64,000 bases of DNA from Bacteroidaceae bacterium (lineage in GTDB: Bacteria > Bacteroidota > Bacteroidia > Bacteroidales > Bacteroidaceae), in the NCBI GenBank assembly GCA_017547205.1, contig JAFYQH010000057.1, positions 3,794 to 67,793 of the forward strand, read 5' to 3'. Positions 9,579 to 19,009 of the stretch are shown in pieces. The notes beneath the pieces are model-generated. The model saw only the letters and a list, made by a program, of their open reading frames with translations. It did no database searches and was not told the DNA's origin. Position 1 is the first letter of the stretch. Each line of letters opens with the position of its first letter. A program made the translations under genes and the position numbers.

Positions 9579-10769
9579 ATGAAAATGATAAATACAGGTA
9601 AGGGGTATATTTCAGTGTATGCCCTGTTTGGAATATGGTCGGTGTCGGCACTGACTTCGTTGCCCGGGCTGGCGGTGTCTCCAATTTCCGAGGATTTGGC
9701 AAGGATATTCCCGGCTGCGACGGAACTCGAAATTCAGATGCTTACTACATTACCCTCATTACTGATAATACCGTTTATATTATTGGCGGGTTATATAAGT
9801 GATAGGATGGGCTATATAAGATTGCTTTACATAGGATTATCCCTTTTTCTATTAAGCGGAATCCTCTATTTCGTGTGTGGCAATATTGGCCAGTTGCTCG
9901 TAGTGAGTGCTATGCTTGGCGTGGGAGCCGGAATCATAGTACCTCTTTCTACAGCTCTTGTCTCAAAATTCTTTGTCGGTGAGGAACGTACCAGACAATA
10001 CGGGTACGTGTCTGCCATAACTAACATAGCGCTTGTGGTTGCAACTGCCGTTACGGGTTGGTTGGCCGATATACAATGGCGCCTGCCTTTCCTTGTGTAT
10101 CTGCTGCCTTTGGTGTCGATACTTCTTGTACCGGCAATGAACAGAAATGCCAAAAGATTGAACAATTCTGCGGAGGAGCATGTCTCACTCCAGTCTGGCG
10201 GAACAGTTTGTTACAAGAGGCTGTGCAAATACATGTTCTATTATCTTTTTATAACGTATCTTGTGATGGTCGTGAGCATAAACCTACCGTTCCTGTTGGG
10301 GCATTATGGCTATGACAGCGCAGTTTCGGGTACGGTGACTTCGCTTTTTTTCCTTGCCATGATGTTGCCGGGGCTATTTATCAACCGCATATTGGCACTA
10401 CTTGGCCGTAATGTGCTGTATTGGGCTCTTTTCCTTATTGCGTTGGGGCTGCTCGATGTGTTTCTCAACAGTTCCATGATATTTGTGGTCATAGGGTGTA
10501 TAGCTGCTGGATTCGGTTATGGAATGGCACAGCCTTATATATACGATAGGGCTTCGCTACTTGCATCTCCGGGGCGTGTCACATACGTGATGGCTCTTGT
10601 TATGGTAATGAATTATGTGGCAATAGTGGTTTCTCCGTTTGTTGTGGAAGCTGTGCAATGGCTGTTTGACATGACTGGTGACCGATCACCCTTCTTGTTG
10701 AACGCAATAGCTGCTGCGCTCGCATTGGCAGCACTTCTTCTGCGCAAATCGGTTGTCTCTAAACATTAA
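9579..10769 (+). CDS. MFS-type transporter
   Basis: About 12 hydrophobic helices, divergent from gadB. The start is taken at MKMINTGKG; the ORF-track start at 9546 is also possible. Confidence 0.7.
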   Translation: MKMINTGKGYISVYALFGIWSVSALTSLPGLAVSPISEDLARIFPAATELEIQMLTTLPSLLIIPFILLAGYISDRMGYIRLLYIGLSLFLLSGILYFVCGNIGQLLVVSAMLGVGAGIIVPLSTALVSKFFVGEERTRQYGYVSAITNIALVVATAVTGWLADIQWRLPFLVYLLPLVSILLVPAMNRNAKRLNNSAEEHVSLQSGGTVCYKRLCKYMFYYLFITYLVMVVSINLPFLLGHYGYDSAVSGTVTSLFFLAMMLPGLFINRILALLGRNVLYWALFLIALGLLDVFLNSSMIFVVIGCIAAGFGYGMAQPYIYDRASLLASPGRVTYVMALVMVMNYVAIVVSPFVVEAVQWLFDMTGDRSPFLLNAIAAALALAALLLRKSVVSKH

Positions 10770-10786
10770 TTCTAGCGCCCCCGAAT

Positions 10787-11689
10787 ATGAACAACTATAC
10801 AAAAGGTTCTTTGGCCCTGTTTTGCGCAAGGGTAGTGAGCGGGTTGAACGTCAATGTCATGGGTTATCTTCTTCCTTTGTGGATAGCGCCTTTGTCGTGT
10901 GTTACCCTAAGACTATTGTTCGGAACTGCTGTATTTCTTATTTTCGGAATTTACACGAAGCCCGAAAACGTGTCAATGCGCGATAAACTTGTACTTATGG
11001 CTTTGGGCGGTATTGGCATTTTCGGATATATGTCCATGTTTGCGTTGAGCATAAGCTATACTACACCCGTCAATTTTGCCATTTTTAATGCCATGCAACC
11101 CTTGTGGGTGGTTATTATTTCGGCTGTCATCTATCGAGAGAGCGTCGGTTACCGCAAATTGCTAGGGCTGGCCGTGGGCTTTGCAGGGGCATTGTTCTGC
11201 ATTTTGTCCGAACCTGCTGGACACACGGCCAGTAACCCTTTGTTGGGTAATATGTTGGCTGTGGCTGCTTCAATCATTTATGCAGTGTATCTGGTTCTTT
11301 CGGCAAAGTTTGCAGGCCGCTTTGCCAGCACTACGATATTGCGTTACACATTCACGTCGGCTGCAGTTGTCGCATCTTTGGCTACACTCATTTTCGGTTT
11401 CGATGCTCCCATGTTCGACGGTGGGTTCAAGCTATTGCCTTCTGTGTTGCTGGCATTCGTACTGCTCTTTCCTACAGTGCTTACATATTTTCTCATCCCG
11501 ATAGGGCTTAAGTATCTCAGCAGTGCGGTTGTGGCACTTTACGGCTATGTCACTCTCATTGTGGCTGCAATAGTCTCGTTCATAATGGGAATCGACAAAT
11601 TTGAACCAGTGATATTGCTGTCGTTGTCCCTGATTGGGGCAAGCATATATCTTGTGGGCGTTTCCGATGAACATGCAAACCATAAATGA
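10787..11689 (+). CDS. EamA/DMT-family transporter
   Basis: 300 aa with 10 predicted helices in two EamA-like halves. Confidence 0.75.
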   Translation: MNNYTKGSLALFCARVVSGLNVNVMGYLLPLWIAPLSCVTLRLLFGTAVFLIFGIYTKPENVSMRDKLVLMALGGIGIFGYMSMFALSISYTTPVNFAIFNAMQPLWVVIISAVIYRESVGYRKLLGLAVGFAGALFCILSEPAGHTASNPLLGNMLAVAASIIYAVYLVLSAKFAGRFASTTILRYTFTSAAVVASLATLIFGFDAPMFDGGFKLLPSVLLAFVLLFPTVLTYFLIPIGLKYLSSAVVALYGYVTLIVAAIVSFIMGIDKFEPVILLSLSLIGASIYLVGVSDEHANHK

Positions 11690-11807
11690 ATGGTGTAAGT
11701 GATAAATTTGTTTATATTTATAAGGTGTTTTACGGAAATAATGATTAATTTTACACGATTTTGCAGGCGTGTAGCCGATTTATTGTAAATTATCATTATT
11801 TCTATCG

Positions 11808-14315
11808 ATGAAGAGAATATTTTTATTGTTAATGTGTGTGTGTGTGTTGTTTTCTGCCTATGCAGCGCCGGCATACCGCAAGCCATTCAAGGCAAAGCAG
11901 TCCGATGGAACAGAACTTTCCGTTGTTCTTGCCGGTGACGAGTCGTTCCACTATCTTATGACGCTTGACGGCAAGCCGCTTGTCAAGGAGGTGAACGGAG
12001 ACTATGTGTATGCAACATTCTCCGATGAGGGCCGTTTCGTTTCGACCAAGATGCTTGCCCACAACAAGGGAATGCGCGGGTTGGTTGAAGAAAGCATGCT
12101 TTCAACAATTGATTACGGGCAAATGAAAACATCAATGAACAGTGCTGCTAAAGCACGTTCAGCAACTTACAAGGCTGCTGTACAGAAGGCCGGTTCGCAG
12201 ATAAAGCCTGAAGGTGATGTGAATGTAGCTGTGGTGCTCGTGCAGTTCAAGGATGTGAAGTTTACATACACTAAGGAGGATATAAACAACCTCTTGAATA
12301 CAGAAGGTTATAAATTGGAGAATCCTTTTGCCGAGAGTGTAGGAAGTGCGCGCGATTACTTCCTTGCCCAGTCCGACGGCAAATTCCGTCCTAATTTCAT
12401 AGTAACTGATATTGTTACTCTCGACTACGATATGTCGTACTATGGCGGTAATGATTCGAATGACAATGACCTTAGAGCTAGTTATGCTGTAAAGCATGGT
12501 ATACAAAAAGCTGACGCAACATTCGACTTCTCAAAGTGTGACAATAATGGTGATGGAGAGGTTGAGTTCATATATTGTATATATGCCGGATATTCCGAGT
12601 CTTATGGTGCGAGTGAGAATACCATATGGCCGCACCAATGGGTGTTGGCTGCTGAAGCGGGCTCAGTTATTGTAGATGGTGTAAAGTGCAATACCTATGC
12701 CTGTAGTGGTGAGCTCGTATATAACGAAGATAGCGAACCTCAAATTGGCAAGGTACGTGCCGGTATAGGTCTTATTTGCCATGAGTTCTCTCATTGCCTG
12801 GGCTTGCACGATATATATGACACGACTTACGAGAGCGGAAACTGGGGTATGGATTATTGGGATGTCATGGACCAGGGCAATTATGCGGCAGAAGGTTATG
12901 TTCCGGTAGGATATAGTGCATATCAGAGAGACTTCTGCGGCTGGAGAGACCTTGTTGTGATTAACGGGAAAGGTGACTATTCAATGGAACCTCTTACTCG
13001 CGGTGGTGTAGGATACAAGGTTGTGAACGATGCCAATACTGACGAGTATTATATACTCGAGAATAGGAAGTGTGAAGGTTGGGATACATACCTATTCAAT
13101 GAGGGTATGCTTGTGATACATGTCGATTATCTCAAGTCTGCATGGGACAACAATACTATCAATAATACAGCAGGGCATCCTAGATATACATTGATTCCTG
13201 CTGACGGTGAACTTGCAGTGTATGGTGAGGTTGAAGTTAATGAGTTTGTGGCTAGTCTCAAGGGTGATGTATGGCCCGGTACAAGCGGCAATACGGAGCT
13301 TACAAATACATCTACACCTGCAGCCAAAGTCTATAAAGGCGGTTATATGAACAAGCCTATCCGCGATATTCAGTATAAGAATAGTGTGATATCGTTCAAC
13401 TTCATGGGCGGTATGTTCGAGTCTTCTCCTGTAGTTCTGCCGGCAACAGAGGTTGGCGAGAATTCTTTCGTTGCCAACTGGGATACTGTTGAAGGTGCCA
13501 GTGAGTATGTTGTTGAACTAAGCAGGGCTATCGAAACAGGAGATGGTGCTGGTGAATCTGTAATGTTGTTAAGCGAAGATTTTCTGGGATGTTCTTCAAC
13601 GAATCAGGATGTTTCTTCCAAAATCAACAACTATACATCGAAAAACGGTTGGTCAGGAAGCAATATATACAGTGAAGGCGGTGTACTGCGTGTGGGTGCA
13701 TCTAAAAGTTCCGGTTGGGTAAAGACGCCGGTGACTAATGCCGAAGGTACTGTTACCCTGGCTTTTGAAACCGCTCTGTATAATTCCGCTGACCAGGGTG
13801 TTCTCCTGACAGTTTCTATTGTAGATGCTAATGGCAACGTAGTTGCTTCTGCCAATTATGAACCGACCGGTTCGTATGTGAAATATGAGATTACAGCTGT
13901 GGTTAATGGTGATTTCCAAGTTGAATTCAATACGTCGGGCAGCGCAGGCAAGAAGCGTGCCAATATAGACAACATAACTGTTTCTATAGCAAGTTCTGTC
14001 GCTTCTGAAGTGTTGGCGACTATAGTTACAGGTGATACAAGCTATAGGTTTGATGGTCTTGATGCAGGTGTCAGCTATCGTTATCGTGTAAAGGCGAGGG
14101 ATTCTCATGGAGAATCAAGTTTCTCGCAGTACCAGCCTGTTACAATGTTCCCCACATCCATTGGTGATGTAGTTGCAGATAATGGTGTTGTTGACGTGTT
14201 TACCCTTACCGGTGTTAAGGTTTACGGCGGCAAGGCCGAGTCTATGCCGCAGCTTGAGAAGGGTGTATATATCCTCAAGAATGGCTCTGCAGTGAAGAAA
14301 ATCATAGTAGAGTAG
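11808..14315 (+). CDS. Secreted M6-family (immune inhibitor A-like) zinc metalloprotease with a T9SS C-terminal sorting domain
   Basis: Has a signal peptide and the zinc motif HEFSHCLGLHDIYD. Ig/FN3-like beta-rich regions follow. The last ~60 aa (...VFTLTGVKVYGGKAESMPQLEKGVYILKNGSAVKKIIVE) match the Por/T9SS C-terminal domain pattern. Confidence 0.8.
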   Translation: MKRIFLLLMCVCVLFSAYAAPAYRKPFKAKQSDGTELSVVLAGDESFHYLMTLDGKPLVKEVNGDYVYATFSDEGRFVSTKMLAHNKGMRGLVEESMLSTIDYGQMKTSMNSAAKARSATYKAAVQKAGSQIKPEGDVNVAVVLVQFKDVKFTYTKEDINNLLNTEGYKLENPFAESVGSARDYFLAQSDGKFRPNFIVTDIVTLDYDMSYYGGNDSNDNDLRASYAVKHGIQKADATFDFSKCDNNGDGEVEFIYCIYAGYSESYGASENTIWPHQWVLAAEAGSVIVDGVKCNTYACSGELVYNEDSEPQIGKVRAGIGLICHEFSHCLGLHDIYDTTYESGNWGMDYWDVMDQGNYAAEGYVPVGYSAYQRDFCGWRDLVVINGKGDYSMEPLTRGGVGYKVVNDANTDEYYILENRKCEGWDTYLFNEGMLVIHVDYLKSAWDNNTINNTAGHPRYTLIPADGELAVYGEVEVNEFVASLKGDVWPGTSGNTELTNTSTPAAKVYKGGYMNKPIRDIQYKNSVISFNFMGGMFESSPVVLPATEVGENSFVANWDTVEGASEYVVELSRAIETGDGAGESVMLLSEDFLGCSSTNQDVSSKINNYTSKNGWSGSNIYSEGGVLRVGASKSSGWVKTPVTNAEGTVTLAFETALYNSADQGVLLTVSIVDANGNVVASANYEPTGSYVKYEITAVVNGDFQVEFNTSGSAGKKRANIDNITVSIASSVASEVLATIVTGDTSYRFDGLDAGVSYRYRVKARDSHGESSFSQYQPVTMFPTSIGDVVADNGVVDVFTLTGVKVYGGKAESMPQLEKGVYILKNGSAVKKIIVE

Positions 14316-14330
14316 TATAAAAATCACTTC

Positions 14331-14370
14331 TGCATAAAAAAAGCCGCCTTTGGGCGGCTTTTTTTATGCA
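14331..14370. terminator. Rho-independent terminator (palindromic, flanked by A- and T-runs)
   Basis: tgcataaaaaaagccgcc-tttg-ggcggctttttttatgca. Confidence 0.85.
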
Positions 14371-14918
14371 GAATTCTTTGTATTGTTCGTTATTTGCTCG
14401 ATAATACGCGGCTTCAGGTGCATGTTAGTGTTGTCTTATATATACTCTTTACTCGCATTCCTGAATCCTTTATTAAATATGAAGGGGAGTCTTTGCAAGA
14501 TGATATAAGCAAGGTGGTGAACATTGTAAGGTGGAGTGCAGCTTCGTGTTATTTCTTTCTTTTCACCAAATGTTTCATTTCATGGCGACAGGTTGGTGTT
14601 CCTTTGTGTTTATATTGTGATAGATGTTAAAAGCATTGCAACAGGTCGCTTTTCGCCCTTTTTGACGTTAGTTTTCTGGATTATGGATGTCCATAATGCA
14701 TATTTTTCTGTATAACTTTTTGATTTTCAGCAAATTCGGTGTTTAAATCCTCTTTGAGAATGCGATATTTTTTATAAATCCGTATAATTGCCCTGAATTC
14801 TGCAATAATTTTAAATATAACGGTAAAAAGGCTGTTTTTCCAGTTTAAATAAGTATGCAAAAACTAAATTATTTATAAATATTCGTAAAATTGTACTCTT
14901 TTTGGTTGATTGTTATTG

Positions 14919-14945
14919 TTTACAAATGTATAACATTTGTAAACA
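14919..14945. promoter_or_regulatory. Perfect 12-bp inverted repeat (candidate operator or hairpin)
   Basis: gtttacaaatgt-ata-acatttgtaaac. The half-site acatttgtaaa recurs at 15487-15497, just upstream of the XRE-type regulator start. Confidence 0.35.
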
Positions 14946-15460
14946 AGGGTGTTTTTTTGATTGGTTTTTGTTGGGTGAGTTTTCGTATTTATTCTTGTAA
15001 ATTACATATTTGGTGGTTGTGCTTGATGGCTGTCATGCTTTGGGCTGTGGTTATTAACAGCCTGTTATCAACAGTGTTAAAAGTATTATGCAGTTTTTAT
15101 TCGGTTTGAAAATTAAAACAATAAGTTATTGAAAACCAATAATAAGAATGTATTGTATTATCGTATTTCTTGCATGTTATGTCATAGAATGGCGTGCGTT
15201 TCTATTGAAAATTGCATAAAAACAGTGTTTGTGTTCACGTAAGTGTTGGTTTATCAGTCTCTTGTGTAGAAAATATGATTTAAATTATAGGTTTATCACG
15301 TTTGTGGCTCTTGTGTAGCTGTCGTATTCGATGCAACTATGGCGTGTTGTGTGTTGCTTCTCTTGTGACAATTTGTATATTGCTTTGTTTTTATAACATT
15401 GTAAAATATGTTGTTTTGAATGTTGGTGTTTTTTGATTTGCATGGGTTGTTTTTTTGTCT

Positions 15461-15468
15461 TATATTTG
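15461..15468 (+). promoter_or_regulatory. Bacteroidota -7 promoter box (TAnnTTTG)
   Basis: TATATTTG lies 50 nt upstream of the ATG at 15518. Confidence 0.45.
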
Positions 15469-15517
15469 TAGTGTTGAATGTGGACACATTTGTAAATTAC
15501 AAAAACTGCATAATTTT

Positions 15518-16021
15518 ATGAGTGAACGTGACAGGATAGAGTTGTTGATGAAGTGCTACGAGTTGACGCCTTCTCAATTTGCAGACAGGACGGGTATCCA
15601 GCGTGCATCCGTATCCCACATCATAAGCGGGCGAAATAAACCCAGTCTCGAGGTTATGCTCAAGATTTATGATGCATTTCCGGGTTTGGATATGAAATGG
15701 CTTATGACGGGTGTGGGCGATGAACCGGTTGGCAATGGGGCTGAAAGCGCGGTGGCGGGCGGCTTGTTCAAGAACGAGGTTGTTGCGCAATCTCCTGCCG
15801 AGCCTGTTGTTGCGCAAGAACTCCCCATGGTTGCCAAGATACCTGCAAGGCCTGCAGTGTCACAGCAGGATTCTTTGTATTCCAGTCCTGTAGCGGCAAA
15901 ACAGCCCCGCAAGCAACAGGTGCGCTCTCAATCCGATGTACAGCCTGTGCAGCGCAGGATAAAGGAAGTGCGTATATTCTACACTGATGGAACATATGAA
16001 ACCCTGGTGCCGGAGAAATGA
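15518..16021 (+). CDS. XRE-family helix-turn-helix transcriptional regulator
   Basis: MSERDRIELLMKCYELTPSQFADRTGIQRASVSHIISGRNKPSLEVMLKIYDAFPGLDMKWLMTG, followed by a low-complexity tail. The start is moved from 15455 to the ATG downstream of the -7 box. Confidence 0.8.
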   Translation: MSERDRIELLMKCYELTPSQFADRTGIQRASVSHIISGRNKPSLEVMLKIYDAFPGLDMKWLMTGVGDEPVGNGAESAVAGGLFKNEVVAQSPAEPVVAQELPMVAKIPARPAVSQQDSLYSSPVAAKQPRKQQVRSQSDVQPVQRRIKEVRIFYTDGTYETLVPEK

Positions 16022-16119
16022 GCCCGGCGGCCTTTCCGGTATTTCTGGGTTTTCTATAGAATGGTAGGTTCGATTTTCAATATTAATCCTCTCCTTTTGC
16101 ATTTGGAGCAATTTTATAC

Positions 16120-16127
16120 TATCTTCG
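16120..16127 (+). promoter_or_regulatory. -7-like promoter box (TATCTTCG variant)
   Basis: Lies 40 nt upstream of the pyrK ATG. The same variant occurs upstream of trmD and the threonine aldolase gene. Confidence 0.35.
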
Positions 16128-16166
16128 CGCATATAGTATAAGGTAATTCATTTAGAACAATAATTT

Positions 16167-16934
16167 ATGAAAAAAGTTCTTGTCGATTTGACAGTAAAGG
16201 AGGTGAAACGTGCCAATGACAATTGCGTCCTGCTGGTCATGGGCTGTGACAAGCCTCTTCCCGAGACGCTTCCGGGGCAGTTTGCCGAGTTGCGTGTGGA
16301 CGGTGTGCCTACGGTGATGCTTCGCCGTCCGATTTCAGTTCATAGTTTCGATGCCGTTAAGAACGAGGTCGGTTTTCTCGTGCAGCTTGTCGGTGACGGA
16401 ACCCGTTGGTTGTGTTCGTTGAAGTCCGGTGACAAGGTGAACACTCTTATGCCGTTGGGCAATGGCTTTACATTGCCCGAGGCAGCAGGAAAGAAGTATC
16501 TTCTTGTCGGTGGTGGTGTGGGTTCTGCTCCATTGTATTATCTGGCCCAGGAACTCAAGGCGCGTGGCTGTGACTTTACAATCCTTATAGGTGCCCGCTC
16601 GGCTAAGGATCTCTACCTGCGTGAGGCTTACGAGGCACTTGGCCGTGTGGAATACACGACCGAGGACGGCTCGTTGGGCGAAAAGGGGTATGTAACCAAT
16701 CATACTGTTCTTAATAATGGTTTTGACCATATTTATACATGTGGTCCCAAGCCCATGATGGTTGCTGTGGCAAAATATGCCCGTGCCAGCAATATTGGCT
16801 GTGAGGTCTCTTTGGAAAACAAGATGGCTTGTGGCCTGGGAGCGTGTCTCTGCTGTGTAGAGGATACAAAAGAGGGGCACAGGTGTGTTTGTACAGATGG
16901 TCCGGTATTTTCAATAGATGAACTGAAATGGTAA
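16167..16934 (+). CDS. pyrK: Dihydroorotate dehydrogenase B electron-transfer subunit (FAD/2Fe-2S)
   Basis: 255 aa with [14 protein letters not shown] and the C-terminal Cys cluster [10 protein letters not shown]...C. It overlaps pyrD by 7 nt. Confidence 0.9.
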   Translation: MKKVLVDLTVKEVKRANDNCVLLVMGCDKPLPETLPGQFAELRVDGVPTVMLRRPISVHSFDAVKNEVGFLVQLVGDGTRWLCSLKSGDKVNTLMPLGNGFTLPEAAGKKYLLVGGGVGSAPLYYLAQELKARGCDFTILIGARSAKDLYLREAYEALGRVEYTTEDGSLGEKGYVTNHTVLNNGFDHIYTCGPKPMMVAVAKYARASNIGCEVSLENKMACGLGACLCCVEDTKEGHRCVCTDGPVFSIDELKW

Positions 16935-17839
16935 AGACAGATATAAAATTAGGCGGTCTGGATCTTAAGAATCCGGTTCTTACCGCATCGGGAACTTTCG
17001 GCTATGGTCTTGAGTTCGCCGACTTTGTGGACTTGAACAAGTTGGGCGGTTTTATTGTGAAGGGAACAACCTTGCATCATCGCGAAGGAAATGCGTACCC
17101 CCGCAGCGCCGAGACTCCTATGGGTATGCTCAATGCCGTGGGTCTGCAGAACAAGGGCGTAGATTATTTTGCGCAGAATATTTATCCCCAGTTGAAGGAT
17201 CTTGATACAAATGTCATTGTAAACGTTTCAGGGGCATGTATCGAGGATTATGTGGAATGTGCCGAGAAAGTGGCTGCACTGGAGAATATACCTGCCATAG
17301 AGCTTAATATCTCCTGTCCTAACGTAAAGCAGGGAGGTATGGCCTTCGGTGTACAGGCTGCTTCTGCGGCCGAGGTTGTTTCTGCAGTACGCAAGGCTTA
17401 TCCCAAGACCCTTATCGTGAAGTTGTCTCCGAACGTGACCGATATTACTGAGATAGCCCGTGCCGTGGAAGGTGCCGGTGCCGACAGTGTTTCACTTATA
17501 AATACTCTGTTGGGTATGGCTATCGATTCCGAGAGACGCCGTCCTGTACTTTCTACAATTACCGGCGGTATGAGCGGCCCTGCAGTCAAGCCAATAGCCC
17601 TTCGCATGGTGTGGCAGGTGGCCAAAGCTGTCAAGATACCTGTGGTAGGTATCGGTGGCATAACTACAGGTGCCGATGCCATTGAGTTCCTGCTTGCCGG
17701 TGCTTCTGCCATTGAGGTCGGTACGGCGAACTTTATGAATCCTGCCGTTACTGGTGAAATAGTTGATTATATCGAAGATTATCTTGTTCGTCACAAGATG
17801 GATTCTGTAACAGACCTGATCGGTGCCCTTGAAGTCTAA
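16928..17839 (+). CDS. pyrD: Dihydroorotate dehydrogenase, class 1B catalytic subunit
   Basis: Contains [15 protein letters not shown]...GFIVKGTT...ELNISCPNV...[16 protein letters not shown]...GIGGI. Confidence 0.93.
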   Translation: MVKTDIKLGGLDLKNPVLTASGTFGYGLEFADFVDLNKLGGFIVKGTTLHHREGNAYPRSAETPMGMLNAVGLQNKGVDYFAQNIYPQLKDLDTNVIVNVSGACIEDYVECAEKVAALENIPAIELNISCPNVKQGGMAFGVQAASAAEVVSAVRKAYPKTLIVKLSPNVTDITEIARAVEGAGADSVSLINTLLGMAIDSERRRPVLSTITGGMSGPAVKPIALRMVWQVAKAVKIPVVGIGGITTGADAIEFLLAGASAIEVGTANFMNPAVTGEIVDYIEDYLVRHKMDSVTDLIGALEV

Positions 17840-17859
17840 AACATTGTTTTTTGTAAATA

Positions 17860-17896
17860 GAAAAGGGAGATTCACTTTTTTGTGAACTCCCTTTTC
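17860..17896. terminator. Hairpin terminator between convergent pyrD and trmD
   Basis: gaaaagggaga-ttcac ttttttt gtgaa-ctcccttttc (one bulge). Confidence 0.6.
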
Positions 17897-17945
17897 TGCT
17901 GTTTATGTTTGTATATACAAATGTAATATGTAAATTGTTTTCTTT

Positions 17946-18620
17946 TTACTTCAATAAGTCGGGACGCAACAGTTTTGTTCTCTCCAGTGACTGCTCAAAT
18001 TCCCATTGGCGTATCTTTGCCTCATGTCCCGACAGTAGAACGTCTGGTACTTTCCATCCGTTGTACTCTGCAGGGCGTGTATAAACGGGTGCTGCCAGCA
18101 AATTGTCCTGGAATGAGTCGCTTAGAGCCGATGTTTCGTCCGAAATTACGCCCGGGATTAGGCGAATAACTGCATCACAAATTACCTCAACTGCCAATTC
18201 GCCACCGGTCAGTACGTAGTCTCCAATACTTATTTCTTTGGTAATCAAGTGTTCGCGTATTCTGTGGTCAATTCCCTTGTAATGTCCGCACAAAAATATC
18301 AAATTCTGCTTCATCGAGAGTGAATTTGCCATTGGTTGGTCGAAAACCTGTCCGTCAGGTGTTGTGTATATCACCTCATCGTACTCTCTTTGGGACTTGA
18401 GATGCTTTATACAGTTGTCAATAGGCTCTATTTTCATTACAAGTCCAGCGCATCCACCAAATGGGTAATCATCGGTCTTTCTATGCTTATCAGTTGTATA
18501 ATCACGTAAATTATGTAAATAAATTTCGGCATACCCGTTGCGTTGTGCACGGCCCATTATCGATGAATTGAAAAAGCTTTCCATCATCTCAGGAAAAGTT
18601 GTAATGATGTCAACACGCAT
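17946..18620 (-). CDS. trmD: tRNA (guanine37-N1)-methyltransferase
   Basis: [26 protein letters not shown]...[13 protein letters not shown]...[13 protein letters not shown]...[22 protein letters not shown]. The start is taken at MRVD, because the ORF-track extension to 18716 lies upstream of the predicted promoter. Confidence 0.92.
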   Translation of the reverse strand: MRVDIITTFPEMMESFFNSSIMGRAQRNGYAEIYLHNLRDYTTDKHRKTDDYPFGGCAGLVMKIEPIDNCIKHLKSQREYDEVIYTTPDGQVFDQPMANSLSMKQNLIFLCGHYKGIDHRIREHLITKEISIGDYVLTGGELAVEVICDAVIRLIPGVISDETSALSDSFQDNLLAAPVYTRPAEYNGWKVPDVLLSGHEAKIRQWEFEQSLERTKLLRPDLLK

Positions 18621-18679
18621 ATTGAATATAGTTTTGTAAATTGTTCTTTTTGTTAAAATTATCTGTTTCTTTCGTGTTG

Positions 18680-18687
18680 CGAAGATA
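18680..18687 (-). promoter_or_regulatory. -7-like promoter box (TATCTTCG on the minus strand) for trmD
   Basis: The reverse complement of cgaagata lies ~60 nt upstream of the trmD ATG at 18620. Confidence 0.35.
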
Positions 18688-19009
18688 GTGATTTTATTTG
18701 ATAGCCTTATAATCATTTTACATCAAACTTGATTTGTTGCTATCGCACAACCCGCATCAATGATGGTCAGTGCATAGAATTCGTCTATTTGAATTCACTA
18801 TAAAGAGTTTTCCTATGAAATCATTTTTAAGGCCGTTTAAACCGCTTTTAAGGAGTTTTTGCTTTAAAAGGCGGTTTAATGCGCTCTGAGAGCTTAATAA
18901 TATTTAAAATTTTTGCCAATTCGGCCTATTTTGAGTAATTTAGCAGTGCATATATATAAATAAGGTGTAAATAACACGGCAATAACTTTAATTTATAATA
19001 TTTATTCAG

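Noticed and set aside
14394-15109. ORFs 14394-14630 (78 aa) and 14891-15109 (72 aa) in the long intergenic region.
   Set aside because: Both lie in AT-rich DNA and have implausible composition (Cys/Phe/Trp-rich). No RBS or promoter context is visible, and one starts inside the terminator flank. They are treated as non-coding.
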